A DNA stretch of 56,499 bases, counting the filler, from Dugesia japonica (lineage: Eukaryota): NCBI GenBank assembly GCA_001938525.1. It is 4 parts of 4 records of this genome, joined end to end, with 100 filler letters (N's around TTAATTAATTAA, not from the genome) between each part and the next. Parts side by side here need not be neighbours in the genome. Positions count along the whole stretch, not along the records: positions 1 to 15,373 come from MQRL01611993.1; positions 15,474 to 26,129 come from MQRL01520607.1; 2 more parts are not named here. One strand, 5' to 3'. Of the stretch, positions 13,677 to 24,144 are shown piece after piece (position 1 is the stretch's first letter; every line of letters starts with the position of its first letter). Below the pieces are notes generated by a model. The model saw only the letters and a list, made by a program, of their open reading frames with translations. It was not told the origin of the DNA and ran no database searches. Both the position numbers and the translations under genes were made by a program.

Positions 13677-15171
13677 ATGTCTCATAATCGATATTTATCT
13701 GATGATAGTACTGAAAAAAGTAAAATTTAAGTATTCATTTTCATTTTCATTTTATTTAATGTTAAATTAAAAATGTCTAATCATTAAAAAAATTATTTTA
13801 GTTTTTCAAAAAGAAAAAGAATGGAAAGATTTGTTATTAGATCAATTGGAAAAAACGAAAATCGAACGTTTTAAAGCTGAAAATTCTTTAAGTGAATTTC
13901 AAGAAAAGTATTACCAATTAGAAATAGATTTTAAGCATAATCTGAATTTGTTAGAGGAACGCGATAAGGAAATAAATGAATTAGAACATGAAAATTCTAT
14001 TTTTCGAGAATCTGTTTATGACAATGAAGAGAAAATCAGTCTTTTTAGTGTTGAAATAGATAAATTGAAAGTTGAATTGAAAACGGTAAACGATATTAAA
14101 GAAGATTTAAGAAATAAAATAAAGCAAATTATAGATAAATCGCATAATGATATACAGATAATTAAAAATGAGAAAGTAAAAGAAATAGAACGAATGAAAG
14201 ATGAAACTGCAAGTATAGTTAAGGAGTTGGAAAGAAAAATCATTCAATTAGAATCAGAAAATAAAGAAAATCAGTATGCGTTAATGGCTGATGTTGAAGA
14301 AACTCTTCGATCAAGAGAAGGAGAAATGAAAAGAAAAACTGAGCAAGTTCATAGTGAAATGTTGAATTACGAATTAAAATATCGGCTGGCAAGTAAAGAA
14401 CTGGATTTAATAAGATCAAGTAAAGCAGAACTGTTAAGAAATTTAACGGTAAAAGAAGACACAATCAGAGAATTGGAAATGAAATTAGGAGAAATAGAAT
14501 TGATAAGTAAAAGTGAGATATCTATCGAAAAAATGAAACGAGACACAGAAGCTTTGAATTTCAAAGAAAAGGAAGCAAATTTATTGAAGGAAATCGAAAA
14601 GTTAGGCAGAAAAGTAAATGAAAAAAATGAAAAATTGAGAAATAAAGTGGATATTGCAAAACGACTTGAAGGTGAAATTAGAGCTGTTATGAATAAAGCA
14701 AAAGAAAAGGAAATAGAGAAAGATAAAGAGAAGGAAATGCTGGAAATAGAATTGGATAGAATNGAAAATAAAAATAAAGAATTGGAGAATTTAATCGAAA
14801 AGGAAAGGGGATTATTATCAGTGAAAAACACAGAAATTGCGAGATTAGTGTCGAGAATGACTGAAGAAAACTCAAAAAAAGAAGGTGAACTAAGAAATAT
14901 GAAACTGGAAATGGATAATTTGATTCAGCAATTACGAACAAAACAAGAAGAAATGTTGGAGTTGAGAAATGAATTGGAATATGCGGTTTGTAAAGATTTG
15001 GAAATGAGTAAAAAGAAGGTAGGAGAAAAAGAAAATTGGGAAACGAAAATTGAACGTGTTAGAATTGAAGAAATGGCGAAAGTTGAAGGAATGATCAAAA
15101 CTTTAACAAAATGTCGCGATGAAAATTTTGCTGAAGTTCAAGAATTACGAAAACAACTGAAAGAAAAGTAA
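13677..15171 (+). CDS. Large E/K-rich coiled-coil protein (exons 13677-13719 and 13802-~15167), probably 3' incomplete
   Basis: Uninterrupted 446-aa heptad-rich ORF. An upstream ATG exon (MSHNRYLSDDSTEK) splices in frame through an 82-nt GT-AG intron. The ORF ends at AA/GTAATT, a plausible donor just before the contig break. The family cannot be identified by eye. Confidence 0.75.
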
Positions 15172-15256
15172 TTAGATTTTAATAAAAGTTAATCAATAGA
15201 TTGATGAAATAAGTTAGAGTAGCGGTTCCAAAAATTTTCCCACATTTTTCATATTC

Positions 15257-15373
15257 ATATAACATTTTTGCGTAGTTATACAACATTTTTGCATAATTAT
15301 ACAACATTTTTGCATAATTATACAACATTTTTGCATAATTATACAACACTTTTGCATAATTATACAACATTTT
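15257..15373. repeat. 21-bp tandem repeat TGCATAATTATACAACATTTT, ~5.5 copies to contig end
   Basis: Directly visible; it generates the spurious (MLYNYAK)n ORF. Confidence 0.95.
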
Positions 15374-15473
15374 NNNNNNNNNNNNNNNNNNNNNNNNNNN
15401 NNNNNNNNNNNNNNNNNTTAATTAATTAANNNNNNNNNNNNNNNNNNNNNNNNNNNNNNNNNNNNNNNNNNNN
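15374..15473. other. Artificial contig spacer
   Basis: 44 N + TTAATTAATTAA (stops in all six frames) + 44 N = 100 bp. Confidence 0.97.
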
Positions 15474-15647
15474 GTAATCTGGTTAATAACCATACTCGGC
15501 TAGAAAACTATTAATAAAACATGCTAAACCGTCATGAGTGTTTTAACCAGTTTTATAATTTATGAGTTAGTGACAATAAGATTTTCCTTTAAAATTTAAT
15601 TGTTGATATAACAATATAAATGCAATCATAAAATATTTTGCATACTC

Positions 15648-16785
15648 TGATACTGCGCTCGTAACAAATAATAGGATGCTTAATTGATCATGAGAAGGAG
15701 GAATCGTTGGCAATTAGATTAAACTTGGGTACGATAACTTTGTTGGTAATAGAATTAATCTGACGATAATAATTCGTTGGCAATGAGAATGGTTCGTTGA
15801 ATAATAAGGATTGAATAATTTGTGCTTCTTTCCGATTCCTATATACAGTGAATCAGACTGAAAGGATTACTGAACACGCGAAATTGATCAAGTATTTGGT
15901 GAATTATCGAAGGAGATCCGAATCTGGATAGATAGACTTGGAAATTATATGAATGAAAATTGGGCAATTTGAAATTGTTCACTATCTCAAACTTGAGGTT
16001 CTGACGAGTAAATTGGATAATTATATTTCTGATCGAGCCAAATTTGGCAATTTGAAGATAGTCCTGTTTGTGTCTGATTTGTATATTCTGAGCAAACGTA
16101 ATTGACCAATTTAATTTGGACTTACGATTATGTTTTTTCTGAAAGATTAAATCGAGTAATTAAAAATTCTCTGTTGTGATTGTCGATTGCCAGAGTAATT
16201 ACGTTGTGATGAAATTCCAATTGTTCTTGATAACTTGTCGAATAAATTAATTAATATCTAAATTCTTGCTTGTTAACTTTTAAGGGGTATTACGATCGAG
16301 ATCGTGGTTCCTTTTATACCCTTTTCTGTATAGATCTTTTAGTTGATTGCTTGGTATAAGCAAAATTATTTAACTATTTTTTGATATTTTGTTTTTATAT
16401 ATTGTGAAATTATTTTTATTTGATGGTTCAATTTACTTTATTTTTTCTGAAATAATATCATTATAACAGATTTTTCTTTATTTTTTGGATAATTATAAGG
16501 TTTGTAGACAATTATTAGCATTTTTCCTACTAATTCTTTTATTTTTTAGAAAATAATTTATAAATTTTCCCATTTTCCTTTCATATCTTAATTATGCACT
16601 TTTGTAAAAGATGAGAAATAAAGATGATAAATATGGTTGGGTTCTGCCCCAAAAGATTACTCCGGGGCCCGTTAAGATTCGGTCCCCGAATCGGTATTAA
16701 TAGACATAAGTTGATTGCCGCTTTGATCGTTTTGAATTGCTTTCTCATGGGTAACATTGGATTACATATTCGAGCGCAGTAATCA
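15648..16785 (-). mobile_element. ~1.14-kb LTR-like unit with TG...CA ends
   Basis: The termini TGATACTGCGCTCG (15648) and CGAGCGCAGTAATCA (to 16785) are inverted copies. The minus strand has GGGTATAAAAGG at about 16310-16321. No TSD, PPT or PBS was seen. Confidence 0.55.
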
Positions 16786-17069
16786 AAATAAAAAAAAATT
16801 AAAATAAAATGAATGAATACGGTATACATCAATATTTACCAATAATTTTAATATAGACAAATGAGAATACATAAATATAAGATAAGATTGGTCAAGAATA
16901 AGCAAGATCGAAAAGATAATATATAAGCACATGCATATAGGTAATAATTAATATAATTAGTTATCAGCAAAATGTTAAATAGTTTGTTATTCAAATATTT
17001 TAAACAAATGTCTCTTGATAGTATTTGGATTGATCGAAGGTTGTTTGAAGGATAACTGGATTGAATTGT

Positions 17070-17900
17070 TTAGTCTAAGAAATTTTTGTATTGCTTTGAC
17101 ACATTTAGGTACTGGAAATTCTTTTATTTTTTCTGTATTCCTCGGGTTTGGTTCTCTACCCTTATCTGATATTTGATTTCCTAAGAACGCGACTTTGTTC
17201 TTGGTTCAATCGCATTTAGTAGGTTTAACTTTTAAATTCCAGTGTCGAAGTTTAACGAAAACTGTTCGAAGATCCTCTATGTGTTCTTCAAATGATGTTG
17301 AGAATGTTAATGGATTGTCTATATATACCATACAATCTGCTATGCCATGTGTGACAAAATTCATGCATCTCTGAAATGATGCTGGTGCATTAGTTAGACC
17401 GAATTGCATTCAATTAAATTGATATAAATCGCGTCCTGCTGTAAATGCAGTCTTTTCCTTATCTTCTGGTTTGATTTTTAATTGCCAATATCCGCCTTTT
17501 AGATCGAGTGTTAAATATATTATTGTTCTGTACAACAACAGTAATAATTCGTTTATTTCAGGCAAAGAATATGTGTCCTTTTTTGTTTTGGCATTCAATT
17601 GTCGGTAATCAATACAGAAACGTGTTGTTTCATCTTTCTTTTTAACCAATACTACTGGAAAATGCGAAGGTGAACAGCTAGGTTCAATTACCTTTGCGTC
17701 TAACATTTTCTTAATTTCTGCATCATTAAACTGTGCAATTCTGTATGGTTTTAATTTTACCAGGTCTTCATCGATTAACGGAATTGTATGTATTTTGACG
17801 CCACATTCTCCTAATTCATCATCCGTCCATGCAAATATATTTCTATATTCTTCCAAGAGATTTAGTAGTTGTTCTTTTTGTTCCGCTTATATGTTGTCAG
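17070..17900 (-). pseudogene. Ty3/Gypsy reverse transcriptase (RNase H and integrase missing)
   Basis: PVVLVKKKDETTRFCIDYRQLN, TLDLKGGYWQ, KTAF, MQFGLTNAPASFQR, VYIDN (YxDD variant), KPTKC, VAFLG and FPVPKCVKAIQKFL. Confidence 0.95.
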
Positions 17901-18269
17901 AATTGACTTGAAATGATCTCTCTACCTCTGTCGGTTTACTTTCTGGTATATAACTTTTATAATCCTCTTCCACGGGAGGGAATTCTACCATGCCCTTTGA
18001 TTCCGAGTCGTCTTCTGCGGTTTTCCTTCTTCTTGCTGGACGAAATTTAATACGGGAATCAATGTTCCTAATTGTGAATTTGAGTGTATTATAATATCTT
18101 TATTTGAGAAATTTACTGCATTGACCAACACTTTCTCGTTATCTTTTACTATCACGAGTTCTCCTGGTGCTGGCAATTTATATTTCTGTGAGAACTCATT
18201 ATATGGTTTTTGAGTATCGGCCTCTCCTTTTACTTTTGACTTGTAACTTTGATAATTCAATTATCCTGT

Positions 18270-18540
18270 TCTTTAATAGTTCCCAAAATACATGTTTATG
18301 TTATATCCATTACTGTCATACTGTAATACTGAATTTCCCTTGTAGGATACCTCACAGGGTAATTTTCTGATTAAATTGACTGATACGCCATCTACTGCTC
18401 TAGTTGTTTGATCGCTGATAAGTATTCCTTTTCGTTGTTCATTGGATAAGCTGGTGTTATTTATTATGGATAGTGTTGATCCCGTATTTAGAAGTGCGTT
18501 AACTTTTTGTCCATTTAATTTTATATCAATGCCGAATCTT
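18270..18540 (-). pseudogene. Retropepsin-like aspartic protease 2
   Basis: RFGIDIKLNGQKVNALLNTGSTLSII...TRAVDGVSVNLI...CILG. It is in frame with ORF 18561-19205 after a single TAG. NTG lies at 18480-18488. Confidence 0.85.
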
Positions 18541-18893
18541 GGTCCGCCAGGACCGAATGCCTAAAAAACTTTCTCTTTGATATCACTACTTGCTTGTATT
18601 TCGTTTGAATTTTCGTATTCTTCTATATGAATTTGGTTGATATCCTCGTAATCATCCAATGGATCTCCGTGTATTCTGTTGAGTGTAAAATTCTCCCATT
18701 TTCCGGCTAAATTTGATATTGGAGGTGGCATTTTGTTTATGTCATCATGATTTTGACCGCTGTCGTAAGTTGCCGTTGGTGTTTTTCTCACTCGATTTCT
18801 TTTGTTATAGTTTCGGTTTATTCGTTTATTATTGAAATTATCTCTACTAGCTTGTTCTTCCGGCCAAAGTTGACTTGGAACTGCATTTCTGAA

Positions 18894-19055
18894 ACATTCA
18901 TTTTCCTTATGACCTNNTATTCCACACTTGTAACATCGTGATGATTTTGCTATGCATATTTTTTCTATATGACCCAATTTTCCGCAGTAATGACATTCAG
19001 ATTTTGATAATTGACATTGTGACGCTTTATGTCCTTTTTCTCCGCATATTGCACA
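18894..19055 (-). pseudogene. Three CCHC zinc knuckles (nucleocapsid-like)
   Basis: CAICGEKGHKASQC, CHYCGKLGHIEKIC and CYKCGIxGHKENEC at exact 20-aa spacing. Confidence 0.95.
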
Positions 19056-19159
19056 AGGTGTAACTTGTTGAATAACTTTTGGTGATTTATTATTTTCGTT
19101 CGATTCCTTGAATATTACCAGTTGATTTAAGTTAATTATGCCATTATCTAGTACTATTG

Positions 19160-19440
19160 GCAGTAAATCCAATCCCAATATACAACCGTAAGCTAATTTA
19201 TCCATTACCGCTAATGTGTGTCAAATTTTTGGTGCTTTTTCTCGTTGAATTTAGCATTTTATCTGTCCGAGTGGGTAGAGAACTTGTCCGTTCAGACTAT
19301 TGACCCTTAATTTTGTCCCTTTCATTGGTCTGTGTGCTTGTGGTAGAAGTGCATCCGGATGTATCATCGATATACTTGCTCCTGTGTTGATCAGTGCTGT
19401 TAGTTCTATGTCGTTTATTTTTATTTTCATTAGTAAGGCA
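19160..19440 (-). pseudogene. Retropepsin-like aspartic protease 1
   Basis: LLMKIKINDIELTALINTGASISMIH...VNSLNGQVLYPLGQIKC*...VMDKLAYGCILGLDLL, all in one frame. NTG lies at 19380-19388. Confidence 0.88.
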
Positions 19441-20189
19441 TCTCCTCCCACTGCTGTTCCTGTACAGACTGTTCTTGTTTCTAAGTTTTGACTGCTCTGC
19501 ATTGTTAGTGATTGTCGGTTTCGTATCGGTGGTTGTGTATTGTCTTGTAATATCATGGAGCTTCTTGACCTCATAATGTTTTGCTGTACTATTGGTTCCA
19601 TTTGATGTGGCACTGGAGAATTTATTGGTTTCCCTATTGTTTGATCTGTTAAAACTGAATTCATTGGCATTGTCCAATTCGGATTTGGTGGTGTATTTGA
19701 AAATTCGTATAATCTAGGTACTCGTCTCAATTGTGTTGGATTTTCCATTAGATAATATAATCCGTCATTACCTATTATCCCTGTATTGGGTACTTGTAGA
19801 TTTCCTAGATTATAGGTTTGTGCATTTCTTTGATACATATCTTTGAATGATTTTTTAATTTTGCTAATTTTTGATTTCCTTTTGGCTTTTTTCTCTTGTT
19901 TTCTGTCTTTTCGCACAACCTCTTCGTAATCTGGAGCTTTTTCTCTGTAATAACTTGTTGATTGAACATTTTCTCCCGATTTATTTCTATCACTGCTGGT
20001 ACTATCTTTCCATTTTTGTCGTAGCTGATTTTGTAGAACTTTTAAATATGATTTTTTATTTTGTTCTCTAGTTTCCCCTTCGATGCATATTTTTTTGATT
20101 TGTGGTCCAATTTTTTGATCTGATCTAAGTATTTTGCTCATTTTCTTAAGGAATTTCTATATTTGATGAATATCCTTTGTGTGACTGCT

Positions 20190-22083
20190 TAGTATCATCG
20201 TCTTTGCCTAGAACGGGAATATTCCTGTCATTAATTTCTAATTTTTTTGTTTTTCTTTTCAGTATATATTAAAGAACGTGAACATCTGTGTGATGGCTAC
20301 TCTCACGATAGATATAATTACTTAATTATTTAGATATAAATTCCTGTCATTGCTTGGCCAAATATGATGAATTTTTCCCACATCTTTTTCATAAACTTGT
20401 GTATTGCATGTTTTAAGTGATCTGGTGATAATAATAGATCGTAATTAGGTCTTCCATTGAATAACGTTCTGGTAGCTATATGTACTATATTTGATAATAT
20501 TTGCATTCTTTTTACTGGGAAGAGCAATATGTTTACGAGCTCTAGCTAAATCGGCTGAGCTATAAATTCCATTTTCTGCTACTTTTAGAGATTCAAATTT
20601 TTCTCCACCGTTCAATCTGAGCAAAGAAAACTTATGAGGTTTCGGACCCCATGTGAATCTATTGGGAAAGCTGATCCATTTTGCGTTTGGAATTAGATAC
20701 ATTGGTCCTAAAATATTAGAACAGTTTATTTGATTTGGAATATAGTGAATCGGTGATATTATTTTTGCGACTGATTGTACATATCTTGTTCTATTTTATG
20801 CCAAATTTCTAGTTTGTTATAATATATTTCTCGGTCTTTCGGGCTTGGAGTCATTATGGCTGACATTTCTTTGCACTGATTAATATACATTACTTTTCCT
20901 ACGATTCTGCAAATTGTCCTTTACCAAGAGGAAGTAGTGGTGATACATTATCAGGATTCGTTATTGCCATTGATAATTTTGTTTTCAATATTTCTTCGTT
21001 TAATACACAATCATTCTGTACCAAATCGTGATACATCTTTTCCACATAGGCTTATACTTTATGATACAGGAAATCCATTTTATTATTAGCATACAGATGT
21101 AGTTTTATATCTTCGTTCCTAATGACATGCTATGCTTCTGCTAACTTTCGTTCTGAGATATGTAAGCCTTTATAATTTCTTTTATATACGATGCCTTCAC
21201 ATTTTGATATTGGTTTATCTTTTATTAGTCTGATTCCATCTTTCCCGCTGACTGACATTAATACAATTGATGTGTCTATCCACTTCATTTCCAATTTTTG
21301 TGGTCCTTCCTGGGCGGCTCTACCTGCCTTCTTACTCTCTGTGATTTTCTTTTCCTTTGGTTCCTGATAACGCCTTCCTCGATATTAGTTGAATATTACT
21401 TCCTTTGAAAAGGTAATTTTACATTCTTTTAGATCTACATCGTATACTAGTGTTGATATTTCTGAACTACACGATTTGTCTGACACTCTAAACGCTGGTT
21501 GAGTTTTCATTGTTAAGTCATCTACATCCAATAGTACTTTAAATTCTTTCAATTCCACTGTGTAACTTTCTATCACTACCACATTTTTTGCTACTACTCC
21601 ATCTATCGTATATGAACACGTTGTACATTGTCCATCTACTGCTGATATTGATCCTACTGTGATTAACTTTTGACTGGTGACAAATCCATTTTTAGCTGTT
21701 ACCGTGAAGCCTGTTTTTACGTCTATCTTTCCAAACGCAAATCTTTGCTCGAATTGTTGTCTAGTTAATAATACTGGTTTCTTTTCTAATCTCGGGTCAA
21801 TTACTGATGACTAACTTTTATATCCACAATTTAACACAAAGGTTGCTACAGTTACTATGCATTCTTTTATCATAGCTTGATAATAATCTGACTTCTGATA
21901 TATTTGATAAACCGAATTATTTTTTAAAGACACAAACTGTTTTGGGTTCGCATCAGGACACTCTTCTGTATCTACTAAGGAGTAAACTTTCTCTCCAAAA
22001 TCCATTTCATCGCAATCAAACTCTACCATTCTTCATGTTCCTAATAATATTAACAACCTTAACATGATTAAAATCGGTAACAC
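20190..22083 (-). pseudogene. Chuvirus-like (class III, gB-type) envelope fusion glycoprotein with signal and TM region
   Basis: Hydrophobic VLPILIMLRLLILLGT is followed by EFDC..YSLVDTEEC..YQIYQ..ECIV..NCGYKS*SSVI, GSISAVDGQC, LYANNKMDFLYHKV*AYVEKMYHDLVQNDC..LKTKLSMAITNPD, RIVGKVMYINQC, INCSNILGPMY, AENGIYSSADLARARKHIALP and MWEKFIIFGQAMTG plus a hydrophobic TM. The motif order matches chuvirus glycoproteins as I know them. Confidence 0.85.
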
Positions 22084-22204
22084 GGATCTTGTATTTGATC
22101 CACCTCTTGCTTCTGACACTGAACCTATAGTACTTTCTAACAAATCCTTTAACACTCTTTTTACCTTTGCTGTAAGGTCTGTTTGATTACAATTCTGTGG
22201 TGAC

Positions 22205-22605
22205 GCTGATTTAATGAAAGCTGATCATCCACCCTCTTGATGGATGTATGGTTCTATTGTTCTCTGTATGATTGCTGTCATCCGGAGCTGTCCTCCGTCT
22301 GGGAATTTCGCTGGTTTTCTTTTGACAATGTGTATATAGCCTTGTGAAGTAGAAATGCAATAGTCACTAGTGCTCTGCCTTTTGTAATTCCATCACGCAA
22401 TAACTCACATACTACGCTTTCATCTTCTACTCTCGGTTTAATAGCAAATCTCCATTTTGTTGATGGTTTTCTTATTAAAATTGGTTTAATTACTTGTGCC
22501 AAAATTTCTACTTCAGAAGGTGTTTCCGATTTGGATATTAAAGATCGTAATTCCGGACAAAGTATTTTAATAAGGTCCTTTCCAATTTTATTAGTCGATA
22601 ATGAT
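22205..22605 (-). pseudogene. Bcl-2-like domain (BH3-like, BH1, BH2)
   Basis: BH1-like VVCELLRDGITKGRALVTIAF, then after one frameshift LRMTAIIQRTIEPYIHQEGG*SAFI (BH2, W to TGA). Compare human BCL2 ELFRDGVNWGRIVAFFEF...[25 protein letters not shown], which has near-identical spacing. Upstream (RLI)KIGKDL is BH3-like. Confidence 0.75.
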
Positions 22606-22609
22606 CCGT

Positions 22610-24120
22610 TGACATATTTGTATTTTGATTGTTGACCTAACGTCTTGTGTTAGTCTATTTAGATGATTAGTTTTAGCTTCTAATTCTTTTGTTTTGAGTT
22701 GATATTCTGTCGGTTTTATTTGTATTCCGTTTTGATCATAACTGGGTTCGACACGTGGTCTGCATCGTTTTCTGCGCTCCATCAATGTTTCTGCATTGCG
22801 TAATTCTCTTACTTCGAAATTCTTTTCAAATGCGCTGCTGGTATTGATGACTTATGTTGTATTCATTGTTCCTTGTCTTAAGAAATCAAAAATAGGGTCG
22901 TCTTCTGGTAGTACTTCGGCTGTCATTACTTTTTTAGTATATAAATCTGCATCATCTATACCGTATATTAGAGTTTTTTGTCTGGTTACTTCAATTTTGC
23001 TTATTTTTGATTTTGGTTGTTCTATTTCTATGATTTCAATATCATTGTTTACACTTGGGAGTCTGGATCTCCACGCTGGATGATCAAATATAGTTTCCTC
23101 TGGTTAGATACTTTCTTAATTATCATCTAAGAGTGCTGAATCTTTTCTCCCCGTTGTATGGGTACTTGTTCTTTCTGGTGGATCAAAAGTAGCTAATAAT
23201 TGTCTAAACGATCGTATATATTTGCCAGTACTTTGTTTTTCCGTTGACTTGATTTGAGTTTTAATATTTTCTGCTTCTGNTTAATTTTATAGGGTGGAAT
23301 CTTTATCTTTAAGCTCGCTGCTTATCGATGATTGAATTGGTTTGTTTTTTATTCTAGTACTGACTCTGCTGGTACTTGGTTGATCATCTATTTCTATTAT
23401 TTCTGGATTTTCATCTTTTTTCTTTAACCAATGTTTTGGTGGTATAGGGCGTACTGTAATTGCGTTCGATCGTTTTGAGTTGAGTCCTTGCATACTAATA
23501 ATTTCATCATTTTGTATTGATCTGCCTCGTAATTGTTAAAATTTGGTTCAACCCATGGTAATCTCTGCTTTATTTTTTTCATTCTTTCGTATGCTAATAC
23601 TTCTATATTTGAAGTTGCGCTATTTGGATCTGTTTTTTTAAGTTCAAACTTTCTTGGAGTGTTTTCTTCCATTTCCATTCTACGTCATTTCTTTATTAAA
23701 TTTTCTAGATTTTCATGGAACCAATATGTTCTTTCTTTAAAATGTTGAAGCCATTCGACTACTAATCGCAATTCTTTAAGTGACACATCCTCTTTACATG
23801 CCTTTTTAGCTACTCGTATTATTTCTCTCTTAATGACTGGCTCTCTTCTCAATAATTGTACGAGTTCATCTAGAATGTTCTTTTGTACATCTGCTGCTTG
23901 GCCTGATTTTACTTCATATTCTGTTTCTAGTTCTGACAAGCTTGGGTCTGATTTTATTGAACCTGTCTTTTGAATTTTACTTTTCCAAGACTCTTCGATA
24001 TATTCGATGTTTAACTCGTCTGGTAACACTGGGTTGAGTACTTTGGCAAATTTTCGTATTATTTTCTCTGATAATTTTGAGATTCTAGATTTGGATATGT
24101 AAGGGTTTTCTTGTGGCTNA
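22610..24120 (-). pseudogene. Unidentified N-terminal part of the polyprotein (~500 codons, helical plus low complexity)
   Basis: ORFs 23685-24170 and 23424-23678 share a frame. ORFs 23287-23493 and 22591-22785 share a frame that is open between them apart from a few stops. Confidence 0.6.
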
Positions 24121-24144
24121 TCATTACTGTTTACATATAGTTTC

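Larger units (their letters stand above)
17070..24130 (-). mobile_element. Decayed Ty3/Gypsy-type element with polyprotein: unknown - Bcl-2-like - class III fusion glycoprotein - PR1 - 3xCCHC - PR2 - RT; truncated at both ends
   Basis: Collinear minus-strand reading frame broken only by point stops and a few frameshifts; see the sub-features. Confidence 0.88.

Noticed and set aside
14016-14941. Several hydrophobic minus-strand ORFs
   Set aside because: They are antisense shadows of the E/K-rich coiled-coil exon.
13831-15171. Coiled-coil ORF as part of the neighbouring env retroelement
   Set aside because: It is separated by an artificial spacer, is intact, and has a plausible spliced upstream exon, so it is treated as a host gene.
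15179-15370. ORF with (MLYNYAK)n repeats; CRISPR-like periodicity
   Set aside because: It is the translation of a 21-bp tandem repeat with no unique spacers, in a eukaryotic context.
17985-18260. Possible dUTPase between PR2 and RT
   Set aside because: It resembles the common degenerate beta-rich Gypsy PR-RT linker; dUTPase catalytic motifs are not visible.
23740-23830. Second BH1-like helix pair (IRVAKKACKEDVSLKELRLVVEW)
   Set aside because: It lacks the G-R core and a BH2 GGW; the similarity is too weak to call.
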